This document shows, piece after piece, positions 63,294-64,000 of a DNA stretch of 64,000 nt. The stretch spans positions 1 to 64,000 of the forward strand of contig NZ_LSUQ01000004.1 in NCBI RefSeq assembly GCF_001642725.1, given 5' to 3'. Position 1 is the stretch's first letter, and every line of letters starts with the position of its first letter. The notes below the pieces were generated by a model. It saw nothing but the letters and a program-made list of their open reading frames with translations, was not told the origin of the DNA and made no database searches. A program made the position numbers and the translations under genes. The DNA is from Ferroacidibacillus organovorans (GTDB lineage: Bacteria; Bacillota; Bacilli; Alicyclobacillales; SLC66).

Positions 63294-63434
63294 ACGAATA
63301 TTTTTCGGCGCGCGAACTGCCTAAACATTGGTGTGGAACTTTGTGTAGAGTGCCATATGGTGGGGTGTGGGCAAGTCGGGCTATACTACCGAAAGTAGTG
63401 AAACGCATCGACTTTTTGAAAGGGGCTCACAGCC

Positions 63435-64000
63435 TTGGCAGAAGTAATTTTGAAAAACGTATACAAACGCTATACCGGCAACGTTGTCGCAGTGACCGAT
63501 TTTAATCTTGAAATTGCAGATAAAGAGTTTATCGTCCTGGTTGGCCCATCGGGTTGCGGAAAATCCACGACACTCCGCATGATTGCGGGGCTCGAAGAGA
63601 TCTCGGACGGCGATTTGATGATTGGTCAACGTCGCATGAATGACGTCGCGCCAAAAGATCGCGATATTGCGATGGTATTCCAGAACTACGCGCTCTATCC
63701 GCACATGACGGTGTATCAAAATATGGCGTTTGGGCTCAAACTGCGACGCTTCCCAAAAGCTGAGATTGACAAGCGCGTGCGCGATGCGGCGCAAATCCTC
63801 GATATCACCCACTTGTTGGCGAGAAAACCAAAGGCGCTTTCTGGCGGGCAACGTCAACGCGTCGCGCTGGGACGCGCGATTGTCCGAGAACCACAGGCGT
63901 TTTTGATGGACGAGCCACTTTCAAACCTTGACGCGAAGTTGCGCGTCGCGATGCGCACAGAGATCAGTAAACTTCACAAGCGCTTGCAAACGACGTTCAT
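63435..64000 (+). CDS. msmX: Multiple-sugar ABC transporter ATPase (MsmX/MalK/UgpC), 3' truncated; absent from the ORF track
   Basis: TTG start, [13 protein letters not shown]...[36 protein letters not shown]. Confidence 0.93.
   Translation, partial: MAEVILKNVYKRYTGNVVAVTDFNLEIADKEFIVLVGPSGCGKSTTLRMIAGLEEISDGDLMIGQRRMNDVAPKDRDIAMVFQNYALYPHMTVYQNMAFGLKLRRFPKAEIDKRVRDAAQILDITHLLARKPKALSGGQRQRVALGRAIVREPQAFLMDEPLSNLDAKLRVAMRTEISKLHKRLQTTF

Overview
Chromosomal window from a moderately GC-rich Bacillota (Firmicutes) bacterium. Gene order and the charge-poor surface proteins suggest an acidophilic Alicyclobacillaceae-like organism (inference only). Most of it is housekeeping: Moco genes-rex-tatAC, trpS, CIRCE-controlled groESL, a MoxR/DUF58/transglutaminase operon, guaA, a sugar ABC operon, argJ-argA, purBCSQLFMNHD behind a PurBox pair, argCBDFGH, radical SAM-hemY, an MFS transporter, ftsEX-ctp-minJ-like, motAB, SOS-boxed uvrBA, csaA, pxpB-like, a PucR regulator and msmX. 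I saw no rRNA, tRNA or CRISPR array. Three small AT-richer accessory patches are the most interesting parts. (1) An MNT-HEPN toxin-antitoxin pair after groEL whose toxin is broken by one in-frame TAG. (2) A frameshifted IS1595-family transposase relic, not evident from the ORF track, with an intact GNAT gene and a candidate terminal repeat. (3) An Rpn-family nuclease with 24-bp repeats and a strong internal RBS plus TTG that predicts an intragenic antitoxin. A translationally coupled radical SAM/SPASM-hemY pair is the best candidate for uncharacterised chemistry. I cannot claim a wholly new system from sequence alone.
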